In this document: piece by piece, positions 27,828 through 41,337 of the stretch
How positions within the stretch are numbered: the stretch's first letter is position 1
Layout of the letters: every line of letters starts with the position of its first letter
Source: Alkalispirochaeta sp.
GTDB lineage: Bacteria; Spirochaetota; Spirochaetia; DSM-27196; Alkalispirochaetaceae
DNA: 64,000 nt
Direction of reading: 5' to 3'
NCBI GenBank assembly: GCA_965601925.1
Contig: OZ271854.1
Location: 3,232,001 to 3,296,000 of the forward strand
Notes under the pieces: model-generated
What the model was told of the DNA's origin: nothing
Database searches by the model: none
What the model saw: the letters and a program-made list of their open reading frames with translations, nothing else
Made by a program: the position numbers and the translations under genes

Positions 27828-29618
27828 ATGACAGCTAAAGAACTACGCCGGAAGTACATCGATTTTTTTTCGCAGCACGGCCACGCGGAGATTTCGGGGA
27901 AATCGCTGATCCCCGAGAACGATCCGACCGTCCTGTTTACGACCGCCGGCATGCATCCCCTCGTTCCCTTCATTCTGGGAGAACCCCATCCCGCCGGAGC
28001 GCGCCTTACCGACGTGCAAAAGTGTATTCGAACCGGTGATATCGATGAGGTGGGCGACGAGAGCCACCTGACCTTCTTCGAGATGCTCGGAAACTGGTCG
28101 CTGGGCGACTACTTCAAGGAAGAGGCGATTCGCATGAGCTGGGAGTTTCTCACAAGCTCCCGGTGGTTGGGCATCGACCCGAATCTCATTTCGGTGACCG
28201 TCTTTGCCGGAGACGACGACGCGCCGCGGGACGAGGAGAGCGCCCGCGTGTGGGAGGAGGTCGGCGTTCCGAGGGAGCGGATCTACTTTCTCGGCAAAAA
28301 GGACAACTGGTGGGGACCTGCGGGGCAGACCGGACCGTGCGGCCCCGATACCGAGATGTTCATCGACACCGGTATTCCCGGAACGAGCGAGAGTCGGCCC
28401 GGCGTATCGGACGGAAAGTATCTCGAGATCTGGAACGACGTGTTCATGCAATACAACAAAAACGCCGACGGGACCTTTGCGCCGATGGAGCGCAGGTGCG
28501 TGGACACCGGTATGGGTGTGGAGCGCACCATCGCCGTTCTCCAGGGAAAGCGATCGGTGTACGATACCGAGGTCTTCCGACCCATTATCGCCGAGATCGA
28601 GGCGTTGACGGGTCGGACGTACGGACGGGATACCGACGACGATCGGTCGATTCGGATTATAGCCGACCACGTACGCACCGCGACGTTCATTTTGGGTGAC
28701 GAGAATCCCACCGTACCGTCCAACATGGCGCAGGGATACGTCCTGCGCCGCCTCATTCGCCGCGCCATGCGTCACGGGCGAAAGCTCGGTCTGGAAGGCG
28801 AGTTCCTCGTAAAACCGGCGCGGGTCGTTATCGAGACGTATCGCGACCCCTATACGCTCCTCAAGCGACAGGCCGAGACGATCATCGCCGAGATCGCCGC
28901 CGAGGAGGAGCGGTTCCTCAAGACGCTCCAGAACGGCGAACGAGAGTTCGAGAAGATGCTCCCCAACCTTCGGAAGGGAAATCGGGGCGAAATACCGGGA
29001 CGGTTGGCCTTCAAGCTCTATGATACCTACGGATTTCCCGTCGAGATCACCGAGGAACTTGCCGCTGAACACGGACTCACGGTCGACCACGACGGGTTTG
29101 AGAAGGCCTTTGAGAAGCACCGCGAAAAGTCGAAGCTCGACGCGAACCAGACCTTCAAGGGCGGACTCGCCGACCATTCGGAGAAGACGACGGCCCTCCA
29201 CACCGCCACGCATCTCATGCACCAAGCGCTTCGCGATGTGTTGGGCGACCACGTATCGCAAAAGGGGAGTAACATCACCGTCGAGCGCCTACGCTTCGAT
29301 TTTTCGCACCCCGAGAAGATGTCGTCGGAGGAGATCGAGCGCGTCGAGGCGATTGTCAACGACAAGATCAAAGACGACCTCTCCGTCACGATGAAGACCG
29401 AGACTCTCGAGGAGGCCAAGGCCGAAGGAGCACTCGCCTTTTTTGGAGATCGCTACGACGAAGTGGTGAAGGTGTACTCCATCGGTGACTATTCCAAGGA
29501 GGTATGCGGCGGCCCGCACGTGGAACACACCGGTGTATTGGGGCGATTCCGAATCCTCAAAGAGCAGTCGTCCTCTCAAGGAGTGCGCCGGATCAAGGCG
29601 GTACTCGAGGACGCGTAG
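27828..29618 (+). CDS. alaS: Alanine--tRNA ligase (short form, no C-Ala domain)
   Basis: LFTTAGM.P, HLTFFEMLGNWS.GDYFK, GPCGP, DTGMG.ER, HTATHL and CGGPH motifs; ends at GVRRIKA. Confidence 0.97.
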   Translation: MTAKELRRKYIDFFSQHGHAEISGKSLIPENDPTVLFTTAGMHPLVPFILGEPHPAGARLTDVQKCIRTGDIDEVGDESHLTFFEMLGNWSLGDYFKEEAIRMSWEFLTSSRWLGIDPNLISVTVFAGDDDAPRDEESARVWEEVGVPRERIYFLGKKDNWWGPAGQTGPCGPDTEMFIDTGIPGTSESRPGVSDGKYLEIWNDVFMQYNKNADGTFAPMERRCVDTGMGVERTIAVLQGKRSVYDTEVFRPIIAEIEALTGRTYGRDTDDDRSIRIIADHVRTATFILGDENPTVPSNMAQGYVLRRLIRRAMRHGRKLGLEGEFLVKPARVVIETYRDPYTLLKRQAETIIAEIAAEEERFLKTLQNGEREFEKMLPNLRKGNRGEIPGRLAFKLYDTYGFPVEITEELAAEHGLTVDHDGFEKAFEKHREKSKLDANQTFKGGLADHSEKTTALHTATHLMHQALRDVLGDHVSQKGSNITVERLRFDFSHPEKMSSEEIERVEAIVNDKIKDDLSVTMKTETLEEAKAEGALAFFGDRYDEVVKVYSIGDYSKEVCGGPHVEHTGVLGRFRILKEQSSSQGVRRIKAVLEDA

Positions 29619-29621
29619 CGT

Positions 29622-30035
29622 CTAATCGTCCGACGGAGCGCGGCGTTGTTGTTTGCGCTGAGCGCGCGCGCGCTTCTGTCGGAGGCGACGCTCGTGAGCC
29701 GCCTTTCCCGCTCGGGTGGGGCGGCGTTTCCGTATCGGGCGTCGAGCGCTCTCGATGAGTGTCACGGCTCGCTCCACGGCGCGTTCGCGGTTGCGATGCT
29801 GGCTCCGCGTTTCGGTGGCGCGCACCACCAGCTCGCCCTCACGATTAATCCGCCCCGCCAGCCGCGTGCGAACGCGCTCGGTCTCCTCCTCCGACAGACG
29901 CAGGTCGCGGATGAGAACGTGGAGCGTCACTCCGGTGTTCACTTTATTGACGTTCTGTCCCCCCGGCCCCGCCGAGCGAGAGAAGCGTTCGGTCGCAATG
30001 ATGCGAATCGTGCGGGCGAGTTCTGCGCTGGTCAT
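29622..30035 (-). CDS. arfB: Alternative ribosome rescue peptidyl-tRNA hydrolase
   Basis: RSAGPGGQNVNKV, RSQ.RNR and a basic tail with RRPTR. Confidence 0.92.
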   Translation of the reverse strand: MTSAELARTIRIIATERFSRSAGPGGQNVNKVNTGVTLHVLIRDLRLSEEETERVRTRLAGRINREGELVVRATETRSQHRNRERAVERAVTLIESARRPIRKRRPTRAGKAAHERRLRQKRARAQRKQQRRAPSDD

Positions 30036-30170
30036 GTCGTAAGGTTATCACGTTGTTCCCGCGTCTCGGGACGGGCGCTACTTTCGGCCCAAAAGGGCCT
30101 GCCGAGCGGGGATGCGTGGACGTCCGGTCCCTCCATTGATAGCACGCACAGGGGAGACGCGCCCGAAGTG

Positions 30171-31265
30171 CTACAACAGCTCTCTGAGTTCCGCGATTTT
30201 GCGTTGGACGATCCGCCCGGGGGTGCGCGCGCCCTGCACGTATCGCGAGAGGACCGCAAGCGCCTCGGGGATACGTTTTTGATCCTCGTAACAGCTCGCC
30301 AACTCGATAAAGACGCGCGTGTTCTCGGGGTCGGACTGCGCAAGATCCTCCAACGCCGCGATCGCTTCGTCGTAACGGCCTTGGAGGCGGTGAATGATCG
30401 CAAGGCCCAGAATCGCGTACAGATCGTATTGCAGATTGAGCGCTTCGCGATAGTGCGTTTCCGCCTCGTCGAAGCACTGCATTGCACGATACGCATCGCC
30501 GATGCGCGTCAGAATCACCTTGTTCTTGGGATCGAGCTCGAGAATCTGCTTCCAATAGACGAGCGACTCTTCGGGACGCTGGAGGCCGCGATAGCAATCG
30601 GCGAGGCCGAAGAGAGCGTAGAAGTTGCGCGGTTCTCGTTTGAGGGCCGACTCGAAGTAAGGGATACCCTTATCGAACGATTTCAGTTTGCGGCAGCAGT
30701 TCCCGAGGGAGGTCAGTACTCTGATGTCTACCTTGTCCCCCGAGATTTCGTGCATGCGCTCCCAGTAGTAGCGTGCCGAGTGGTAGTCTTTGAAGTCGTA
30801 GTGCAGGTGGCCGAGCCCGATCAACGCGTATGCGTTGTCCGATTCGATCTCCAGAACGTGATGGTACAGACTGCGAGAGCGCTCAAAGTTACGCGCCTTG
30901 CGGTACACGTCGGCGACGCGGGTGAGAACCGTCACGTTTTGATCGTCGTGTTTGAGATATTGCTCCCATACTTCGATCGCGCGATTGTATCTTCTCAAGG
31001 CTCGATAGCTCTCCGCTAAGCCGAACAGGGCGTAGTTATTGTCGGGATGGTGCTCGAGACAGTGCTCGTAGTACACGACCGCCTTCTCGAAGTTGTGCTC
31101 CTTGCGTTCCAAGTCACCCAAGCCGACCAGGGCGTAGTTGTTGTTCGGGTCTTCCTGGAGGATCTCCTGAAACTTATCACGCGCCGCTTTTATCATATTC
31201 TCTCTCAGCAGCTGGTAGCCTTGCTGCGAAAGCAAGGAAAGCCGCTCTTTCTGTTGTTCCGTCAT
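30171..31265 (-). CDS. Tetratricopeptide repeat protein
   Basis: Repeated P.N.YAL.GL TPR units throughout; start at MTEQ is approximate. Confidence 0.9.
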   Translation of the reverse strand: MTEQQKERLSLLSQQGYQLLRENMIKAARDKFQEILQEDPNNNYALVGLGDLERKEHNFEKAVVYYEHCLEHHPDNNYALFGLAESYRALRRYNRAIEVWEQYLKHDDQNVTVLTRVADVYRKARNFERSRSLYHHVLEIESDNAYALIGLGHLHYDFKDYHSARYYWERMHEISGDKVDIRVLTSLGNCCRKLKSFDKGIPYFESALKREPRNFYALFGLADCYRGLQRPEESLVYWKQILELDPKNKVILTRIGDAYRAMQCFDEAETHYREALNLQYDLYAILGLAIIHRLQGRYDEAIAALEDLAQSDPENTRVFIELASCYEDQKRIPEALAVLSRYVQGARTPGRIVQRKIAELRELL

Positions 31266-31282
31266 AGCTTTGCCGATTGCCG

Positions 31283-31615
31283 TCACCGGTCTTCTTGAAG
31301 CCATCGACGAATGACTCCGGCCATCTTCTCGGCCATTTGGGCAACTCTCCGCGAGTCGCCGGCGACCCAGAACATTCTAAAGGCCTCCAACGGTTCGCCC
31401 GCGCCCAAATAGTGGTCTCCGAGCCGAATGAGTCCGTCGGAGTACCGGACGGTCAGAAATATTCGTTTGGCATTGACTAGATCCCGGCTGTTGAAAAACT
31501 CGTTTCCTTTCCTGATCAGCGCCGCCCGCTGAGGCTTGGTGATGTTATTGCCGTCGGCTGTGCTTACTTTGAGAAAACCGGTGGAGGATGTTCCGACGTC
31601 GTGAGTCTTAGCCAC
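31283..31615 (-). CDS. Conserved hypothetical protein (TPR-like helices)
   Basis: SD GGGAGAG before GTG; RAALIRKGN.FFN..AKRIFLT..YSDGL.R.GD; co-oriented within the operon. Confidence 0.75.
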   Translation of the reverse strand: MAKTHDVGTSSTGFLKVSTADGNNITKPQRAALIRKGNEFFNSRDLVNAKRIFLTVRYSDGLIRLGDHYLGAGEPLEAFRMFWVAGDSRRVAQMAEKMAGVIRRWLQEDR

Positions 31616-31632
31616 CGAATCTCTCCCGTCTG

Positions 31633-32250
31633 CTACAATACCGACGCCAACCGGTGAACGAACGCATCAACTATCTGGTAATGATACTTGTAGAATGCGG
31701 GATTGGCAACGAGACGTACCTCCGTTTCTCCCAGCGTCTCTTTGACTTCCAAGTTGTGGGCGCGGAGTGTGCTCCCGGTCTCCACTAAGTCCACAATATA
31801 CGGTGCGAGGCCCAACACCGGCGCCAGCTCCACCGAACCGTCCAGACGGATTACCTCGACGGGAATGCCTCGCGTATGGAAGTAGTCGCGAGAGAATCGC
31901 GTGAACTTACTGGCAACCGTCAGCGAGGTGGCCTCGCGGTGATCCGCCTCATCGTCCTTGCGCCCGGCCAGGCAGATGCGCGTCTTACCGAACGGAAGCT
32001 TCAAGAGCTCGAAGAACTCATAGCCGCTCTCGTATATCACGTCGCTTCCGCAGATCCCCAGCCCTGCGATACCGTGGTGCACGTACGTCGGTAAGTCGGA
32101 GTTCTTCACGAGAATCGCTCTAAGCGCGCCGCTCGCCTCCTCGGCTACCAGATGGCGCTCTCCCAGGGAGAGCTCGTATCCGCACTGCGCGAGGAGATCG
32201 CTCGTCTTCTCAAAGAGTCGTCCCTTGGGAAGGGCTATGGTGACCGTCAC
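31633..32250 (-). CDS. hisG: ATP phosphoribosyltransferase, short form
   Basis: IALPKGRL, D.PTYV..G.A.LGI.G.D, GSVELAP and IVDLVETG.TL motifs; 205 aa. Confidence 0.95.
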   Translation of the reverse strand: MTVTIALPKGRLFEKTSDLLAQCGYELSLGERHLVAEEASGALRAILVKNSDLPTYVHHGIAGLGICGSDVIYESGYEFFELLKLPFGKTRICLAGRKDDEADHREATSLTVASKFTRFSRDYFHTRGIPVEVIRLDGSVELAPVLGLAPYIVDLVETGSTLRAHNLEVKETLGETEVRLVANPAFYKYHYQIVDAFVHRLASVL

Positions 32251-33323
32251 AGGCGCGCCCTCCGTCCCGCTTCGTGGTGCCGCTGCGCCACAGCGATGCG
32301 GGCGGTGAAACTCGATCCCGATACGGCCTCAACGTGGCGGTACGCCTCGGCAAGGGTCGAGGCGGGGAGTTTGCGCGTATACATCGAAAAGCCTACCGAC
32401 GGAGCATCGAATCCGAACGCCTTTAGAAGGCGGTCGTAGCGTCCGCCGCGAATAACCGCCGCGTTACTGTCGGACAGATATGCACCGAAGGAGATACCGG
32501 TGTAGTAGGTGTAGGCGCCGATTTCGCTCGTGTCTATGCGCAAGCACTCGCGCCGCGCCGGCGATACGACGCTCCCGACCGCGCGCACGACCGCGGCCAA
32601 GGAGTCCGCGGCACGCCGCAGTGGAGGATAGGCGTCGAGGGTGGACAGATGTGCCTCGAAGGCCGGCAGCGGGCCGATGAAGGCGAGTAGTGCACGCACT
32701 TCGTCGGGAAACGGCGCGAACAGGGGATTGGTCGCGATCTCGCGACGTCGAACCGCCTCGCGCAACGCGTCGCCTTCGGCGGGGGCGAACAACTGCGCCG
32801 CGGCGCGAATAATCTCGTGCGATCCGATATGGAGCGCGCCTCCGTCGAGTGACAGACGGTCGAGCGCCGTCGCGGCCAGAAGCAGTACCTCCGCATCGCC
32901 GTCTAGACCCGGGACGCCGACGAGCTCGATTCCCGCCTGTTGGTATTCGTTGTTGGATATGTCGTCGCGCTCCTCGGCGCGAACGATCTGGGCGTCGTAA
33001 AAGACTCGTACCGGGAGCTCTTCAGCGCTCAGGTGCGTACCGAGTTGCTTCGCCAAAAAAAGTGTAACGTCTGACCGAAGCGCCAGGATTTCTCCCTGCC
33101 GATCCACGGCGCGATACATGTGTCGACTACCTTGATCGGCGAGGAACCGGCGATACACATCGAAGTAATCGACCAGCGGTATCTCCACCGGATCGTATCC
33201 CCATGCGAGGAACAGATCCTCCAGGGCGCGGGATATCCGTCGATGCCGTGCCGCCTCACGCAGCTGAAGTGTCTCGGTTCCCGTCGGAAGGCTCAGTTGC
33301 CGGTGACTCTGCGGTTCAACCAT
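32247..33323 (-). CDS. hisZ: ATP phosphoribosyltransferase regulatory subunit
   Basis: HisRS-like motifs LRSDVT, EYQQAGIEL.G, YYTG and GGRYD.L..FG..PSVGFS; overlaps short hisG. Confidence 0.9.
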   Translation of the reverse strand: MVEPQSHRQLSLPTGTETLQLREAARHRRISRALEDLFLAWGYDPVEIPLVDYFDVYRRFLADQGSRHMYRAVDRQGEILALRSDVTLFLAKQLGTHLSAEELPVRVFYDAQIVRAEERDDISNNEYQQAGIELVGVPGLDGDAEVLLLAATALDRLSLDGGALHIGSHEIIRAAAQLFAPAEGDALREAVRRREIATNPLFAPFPDEVRALLAFIGPLPAFEAHLSTLDAYPPLRRAADSLAAVVRAVGSVVSPARRECLRIDTSEIGAYTYYTGISFGAYLSDSNAAVIRGGRYDRLLKAFGFDAPSVGFSMYTRKLPASTLAEAYRHVEAVSGSSFTARIAVAQRHHEAGRRARL

Positions 33324-33358
33324 GACTGAACCAATCTATCACCTTCTGCACGATTCTG

Positions 33359-33919
33359 TCAGTCGGTGCCCGCTTTTCCCTCGACGGGTCGATCCGCCGG
33401 TTCGAAAAAGGTCAGCACGGACCCGCCGTACTCCCGCCGGTCGGTCTGAATGAGGTGCGCCGTCGATGAAAACACCTCAGCACGGGGGGCGTGCATGACG
33501 ATTCGCGTTCCGGCGTGAATCGAGCGCGAGCGTCCCAGGCGTTGAAGGAGGTCTCGTTTGTGCGGATAGGCGAACGGCGGGTCCAGATAGACGATGTCGA
33601 AGGCGCGGGCGTTACGCGCAATGAACCGCTCCACCGGCTCGATACGGACGATCGGTTTGGGCGAAAGATCCGTGAGGTTCCGCAGGATCACCGAGCGCTT
33701 GATCCGTTCCCGTTCCACGAGTACGACCGGCCGCGCCCCGCGCGACCACGCCTCGATCGCCACCAAGCCCGATCCGGAGAAAAGATCGAGAAAACTTTGC
33801 TCCCCCAAGCTCCCCAGAATCGAGAACAGTGAGACGCGCATACGGTCCATCGCCGGACGTGTGACTCCCGGAGGCATATGCACGACGCGACCGCGCAGCT
33901 CTCCGCCGGTCACCCTCAT
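33359..33919 (-). CDS. rsmD: 16S rRNA m2G966 methyltransferase RsmD family
   Basis: MRVTGG..RGR, TRP, LDLFSGSG...IEA.SRGA and DPPF motifs; ATGA overlap with recG. Confidence 0.9.
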   Translation of the reverse strand: MRVTGGELRGRVVHMPPGVTRPAMDRMRVSLFSILGSLGEQSFLDLFSGSGLVAIEAWSRGARPVVLVERERIKRSVILRNLTDLSPKPIVRIEPVERFIARNARAFDIVYLDPPFAYPHKRDLLQRLGRSRSIHAGTRIVMHAPRAEVFSSTAHLIQTDRREYGGSVLTFFEPADRPVEGKAGTD

Positions 33920-35955
33920 ACGGCGGCTACCACGGCGCGTCGCAGGCTCTCGTGGGCTGCGTCCTGCAGGTCGGGATCTCGGCGCAGGATCTCGGCGATG
34001 TGCGCGCGCGCCGCGATCATCGTATCCATGTCTCGACGGATATCGGCGAAACGAAACTGCAGGAAGCCGGACTGCCGGCTCCCCTTGAGCTCTCCGGGAC
34101 CTCGTATCCGGAGATCTTCCTCGGCGATGAAAAAGCCGTCGGTGCTTTGATACATCACTTTGAGCCGTTCTCGTCCGTCCTCGGACAGCGGCTCCTGATA
34201 GACCAAAATGCAATACGACTGTGCGCTTCCGCGACCGACGCGACCGCGAAGTTGGTGCAGAGCGGCCAGTCCGAACGCCTCAGCGTGCTCGATCACCATA
34301 CACGTCGCGTTGGGCACGTCGACGCCGACCTCCACGACGCTCGTTGCGACGAGGGCGTGGACCTCGCCGCCGGCGAAGCGCTCCATCGTCGTCGTGCGTT
34401 CCGCCTCATCGAGTCGCGAATGGGCGAGACCCACGACGTACGGCGTGAGGTACTCGCTGAGTCGTTGGTACATCTCCTCGACGCTGCGATAGCCGCGCTC
34501 GCCCGACTCGTCGATGGCCGGGTAGACCAAGTACGCCTGGTGCCCCGCCTCAACTTCGCGTCGGACGAACTCGTACACGCGCCGTTCGTTGCCCATTCGC
34601 GCCAGATGGGTATGAACCGGCTTGCGACCCGGCGGAAGGGTTCGGATCGTACTCACGTCGCTGTCGCCGAAGGCCGTGAGCGCAAGGGAGCGCGGAATGG
34701 GCGTCGCGCTCATCATCAACACGTCGGGGGCCCGACCGCGAGAGACGATCGCCTCCCGCTGCGCCACCCCGAAGCGATGTTGTTCGTCGATGATCACCAG
34801 GCCGAGATTGGCGTACTCCAACCCCTCGGAGAAGAGGGCGTGCGTGCCGATGACCAGATCGACGGCGCCGGTCATGAGCGCTGCGGCGATCTCGCGCTTT
34901 GCGCGTGCGCCGACGTTGCCGACCATGAGCGCGGGATGAGCGTCCGTGTTCGCCAGCAGGGCGCCGATCGAGCGGGCGTGCTGGCGGGCCAGCAGTTCCG
35001 TGGGTACCAACAGTGCGACCTGTTGTCCTCGCTCGATCGCATACGCCGCGCAGAGTAGCGCCACCAGCGTCTTTCCCGAACCGACATCGCCCTGCAGGAG
35101 TCGCGACATGGGCCACGGCCGCTTCATGTCTTCGATGATCTCCTCCAGCACAGCGCGTTGATCGTCGGTTAGCTCGAAGGGCAGCGACGCTCGGATGGTC
35201 GACACGATGCGGCGAGTCGCCTCGGGGCGCGGGCGTCTTCGGCTCCGGCGCCTGCGTATCGCCTCTATCGCCGTGCGAAACTGAAAGACGAACAGCTCTC
35301 CGTAGACTAAGCGACGCAACCCTTCGGCGGGTTCGTCGGCGCTCCGGGGCCGGTGGATCGCCGTAAGCGCGGCCGGGAGCGTGAGCAGTTGTTCCGAAGA
35401 GCGCACCGACTCGGGGACTTCGTCGTCGATCGTATCCAGGTAGCGGTCGAGGGCGCGCCCTATGGCGACGCGAATGTCGCGCTGACCGAGCCCCTCGGTC
35501 GCAGGATAGACCGGCAGGAACGCGGGGGACGTCGGCGTCCGGTCGCCGTCGACGCGTTCGGCCTCGAAGCTACTCGTCTGGATCTCTCCGTATCGCAGCG
35601 CGAACTGGCCGTAGGCGATGAGCGATACGCCGACGGGAAAACTCTTGGCGAGAACGTTGCGTCCGAAACATACCAGCGCTCCCAAACCGCTCTCGTCTCG
35701 GATAACGATCTTGAGAACCTTACGGCGGCCGCGATTGAAGTAGTCGTGGCCTACGACCTCGCCGCGCACCAAGCCTTCGCCCGCCGCCGCCGCCTCTACC
35801 AGCGTGACGATGCGTGATCGATCCTCGTAGCGTCGGGGGATGAGCGTCAATAGATCGGCTACCGTTTCGATATGCATGCGGCGAAACTGTTCGGTTCGCC
35901 GGGCTCCCACGCCGTGGAGTTCACCCACGGCGTCGCGCACGTCTCGCAGAAGCAC
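33916..35955 (-). CDS. recG: ATP-dependent DNA helicase RecG
   Basis: RLLQGDVGSGKT, DEQHRFG, MSATPIPR, LHQLRGRVGRG and DL.IRGPGE motifs. Confidence 0.96.
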   Translation of the reverse strand: MLLRDVRDAVGELHGVGARRTEQFRRMHIETVADLLTLIPRRYEDRSRIVTLVEAAAAGEGLVRGEVVGHDYFNRGRRKVLKIVIRDESGLGALVCFGRNVLAKSFPVGVSLIAYGQFALRYGEIQTSSFEAERVDGDRTPTSPAFLPVYPATEGLGQRDIRVAIGRALDRYLDTIDDEVPESVRSSEQLLTLPAALTAIHRPRSADEPAEGLRRLVYGELFVFQFRTAIEAIRRRRSRRRPRPEATRRIVSTIRASLPFELTDDQRAVLEEIIEDMKRPWPMSRLLQGDVGSGKTLVALLCAAYAIERGQQVALLVPTELLARQHARSIGALLANTDAHPALMVGNVGARAKREIAAALMTGAVDLVIGTHALFSEGLEYANLGLVIIDEQHRFGVAQREAIVSRGRAPDVLMMSATPIPRSLALTAFGDSDVSTIRTLPPGRKPVHTHLARMGNERRVYEFVRREVEAGHQAYLVYPAIDESGERGYRSVEEMYQRLSEYLTPYVVGLAHSRLDEAERTTTMERFAGGEVHALVATSVVEVGVDVPNATCMVIEHAEAFGLAALHQLRGRVGRGSAQSYCILVYQEPLSEDGRERLKVMYQSTDGFFIAEEDLRIRGPGELKGSRQSGFLQFRFADIRRDMDTMIAARAHIAEILRRDPDLQDAAHESLRRAVVAAV

Positions 35956-35964
35956 GAAGAGCGG

Positions 35965-36551
35965 TTACACGGGGATGAGCATGACCAGCTGCACCAGTAT
36001 GTTGGCAACTATCCGCCCCGCGATCAGCGCGCCGACCAGTACCGCCGCAAAGATCAACAGCGAGTCGCGATAGATGGTGAAGCGACCCCGCAAAAAGGGC
36101 CGAATCGTCCATTGCAGCGCCGGATTGATGATGTATTCGAGCCTCGTCCAGACGCCGCCCGCGCTATCTAAACCGGCAAGGATTCCGATAAGGCGCACGC
36201 CGGTTAAGATGAGAAAGAGTACGAGCACGAATGAGATAATCGACCACAACGAAGAGACGATGAGCGCCAACACGAAGCTGAACGAGATGGCGTTGCCGCG
36301 GGCGATTCCGTCGACGATGCGATGCAGTACGAACAATACTACGACACCGACCGCCGCAGACAGGTCGAGTGCGCCGATGCGCATCCCGACGTTACGACGA
36401 AACCAGTTGAGATACGGATCGGTAATCGCCGCCAGAACTTCTTGCCCGCGGCCCAGATTGATTCCTCGAAACCACGTCAGCAGTATGCGTATTACAATGA
36501 CCGCTATGTAGAGCGCCAGAAGCGCTCGTACGAATTGGAATACTTGTTGTA

Positions 36552-36564
<13 letters not shown>
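35965..36564 (-). CDS. YggT family membrane protein
   Basis: IRILLTW, ITDPYL..FR and G.LDLS motifs; two YGGT-like halves. Confidence 0.85.
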
Positions 36565-39968
<3,404 letters not shown>

Positions 39969-40006
39969 GATCCAATACTACCGGGGAGCCCGCGTCTCTG
40001 CAACGG

Positions 40007-40873
40007 TCAATCGAAGCGATGGAGGAAGAGTCTGAGTCCGTTTGCGGCCCGCCACCGTCCCAAGTCGTCGAGCTCGCTTCCGAAGAGCGGATTGTGTTCC
40101 AGTGCGGAGATAATCGCGCGCCGATCGCGCTCGGTAAGGGGCACCGACCGGCCCACGAGATCGGTCTCGGCGTCGCGCAGTCGTATTTGAACGCGGCTGT
40201 CGACGAGGAGGGCGAATCGAAACTCGCTGATACCGGTCTTCTCCAGCGTGGCGGCGGCAACCATCGTGAGCGAGCCTCTCTCCGCCGGAAAGGGGTTGCC
40301 CCAGGTGTGGATCATCCAATGCGTCCAGTGGTGGGCCGGAATGCGCAGGCGAGCGATAATTTCACCCTGTTCAAAACGAGGTAGGCCCGACGCGTCGCGC
40401 AGTTGGGCGAGCGGGATCCAGCGGCTGTTACCCTGCCGTCTCAGTTCCACACGGGTGTCCAAGAGCTGGAGCGTGGAGGTGACCGGGAGCAACGTTCCCG
40501 GAATCGATACGGCGCCGCCGAGGGTCGCGAGGTTTCGAATCGGGGGCGGTCCGATCTGGCTGATCGCATCGACCACCGGGGCGGGCAAAAACCGCACGCC
40601 CACGCTCTGGAGGCGTGCGATCGGTACCGCCGAGCCGATCTCGACTTGATTGACGCTTCGGACGACTCGCCGCAGCTCCCGGACCTCGTGAAGCGAAAGG
40701 ATGCTCCGATCCTCCTCGGCGCGCGGTTGCGCCCCCGACATCCACCACGTTCCACCGGCCCATACGTCCATCGTCGTGTTATGGCGCAACACCTGCAGCG
40801 CCTCTCCGAGCGAGGTGGGCGCGACCACCTCGGAGTCGATTCGTCGCTTGAGTCTATCGCCTCTGTTGCTCAC
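40007..40873 (-). CDS. FAD-binding subunit, xanthine/CO dehydrogenase family (CoxM-like)
   Basis: P.SL.EAL, AGGT and IRNLATLGG motifs. Confidence 0.8.
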   Translation of the reverse strand: MSNRGDRLKRRIDSEVVAPTSLGEALQVLRHNTTMDVWAGGTWWMSGAQPRAEEDRSILSLHEVRELRRVVRSVNQVEIGSAVPIARLQSVGVRFLPAPVVDAISQIGPPPIRNLATLGGAVSIPGTLLPVTSTLQLLDTRVELRRQGNSRWIPLAQLRDASGLPRFEQGEIIARLRIPAHHWTHWMIHTWGNPFPAERGSLTMVAAATLEKTGISEFRFALLVDSRVQIRLRDAETDLVGRSVPLTERDRRAIISALEHNPLFGSELDDLGRWRAANGLRLFLHRFD

Positions 40874-41333
40874 GGCGTTTTCGCTCCTGGACGCGGCTCG
40901 CCAGACGGACGGCTCGTTCGAACTCGTCCCGGCTCAGACAACGGCCGGCGAGATGGCGGCTGTGGTCCTGAATGCGCTCTTCGGTGGGAGTCTCCGTCTC
41001 CGAGAGAAGTTGGTACGCCGCGAGTACGACGCCCGGCAACACCTCCGTGCAACGCGTGATCCCGATCTTATCCATAGCGCGCATGATATCCTGGTAGAGC
41101 GGATCGTCGGCGAGGCCGTCGAGGTCTCGTACGTCAGCTCCCTGCAAGCGGAAGATCGGTACGGTGCACGCCGGCACGACGCGACCGGCAAGCACTATCG
41201 AGCAGCGCATACAACTCCCGTCGCCGCACCGACCGTATCGAGCGCGTTCATCGCTGAGATAGACGTGCGCGGAGGAGGTGGCCGGAGCCTCGATGGTGCG
41301 CGGTTTTCCGTTGAATACGAACGAAATGGTAAT
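40854..41333 (-). CDS. 2Fe-2S subunit (CoxS-like), apparently ATT-initiated
   Basis: The frame extends 41 codons above the tracked ATG (41210): ITISFVFNGK...RCGDGSCMRCSIVLAGRVVPAC, giving C-x4-C-x2-C-x11-C; SD GGAGGAG sits 7 nt before ATT 41333. Confidence 0.8.
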   Translation of the reverse strand: MTISFVFNGKPRTIEAPATSSAHVYLSDERARYGRCGDGSCMRCSIVLAGRVVPACTVPIFRLQGADVRDLDGLADDPLYQDIMRAMDKIGITRCTEVLPGVVLAAYQLLSETETPTEERIQDHSRHLAGRCLSRDEFERAVRLASRVQERKRREQQRR

Positions 41334-41337
41334 GACG

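Noticed and set aside
27828..29618. alaS shorter than the usual ~880 aa, as a possible truncation.
   Set aside because: Aminoacylation and editing motifs are intact and the gene ends cleanly; short AlaRS lacking C-Ala is known in spirochaetes.
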